A stretch of 64,000 nt of DNA from Phoronis australis (Eukaryota > Animalia > Phoronida): the NCBI GenBank assembly GCA_002633005.1, contig NMRA01000648.1, forward strand, positions 16,467 through 80,466. Direction: 5' to 3'. The position numbers and the translations under genes were made by a program. Each line of letters starts with the position of its first letter. The first letter of the stretch is position 1. The notes under the pieces are model-generated. The model was not told the origin of the DNA, ran no database searches, and saw only the letters and a list, made by a program, of their open reading frames with translations. Shown here one piece after another: positions 63,967-64,000 of the stretch.

Positions 63967-64000
63967 CTGGAAAGTGCAAGTCACAGAATCAGGGACGGTT

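Overview
Intron-rich animal genomic DNA; the gene content and repeats suggest a lophotrochozoan, possibly a mollusc (inference). Exons reconstructed by hand from splice signals and reading frame give: the 3' eight exons of cytosolic threonyl-tRNA synthetase (+, 1080-7586, one GC-AG intron); a complete 10-exon MRPS27 (-, 10509-20310) head-to-head, 388 bp apart, with a complete 13-exon CNDP2 dipeptidase (+, 20699-36254); a decayed Gypsy LTR retrotransposon (~36.7-39.8 kb); a probable secreted PAN/apple + fibrinogen-domain gene (+, 41348-49792, one expected exon not found); and the 3' ten exons of a chitin synthase (-, 53989-63966, continuing beyond the window). The most notable non-coding signals are three. 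First, a ~170-bp insertion with flanking direct repeats in a TARS intron carries an intact minimal Penelope-type hammerhead ribozyme inside a perfect 54-bp inverted repeat. Second, a long-TIR MITE has an 8-bp target duplication that copied the CNDP2 exon-2 splice donor. Third, a MITE has an atypical 6-bp TSD and subterminal motif arrays. No clearly novel multi-gene system is supportable from the sequence alone.
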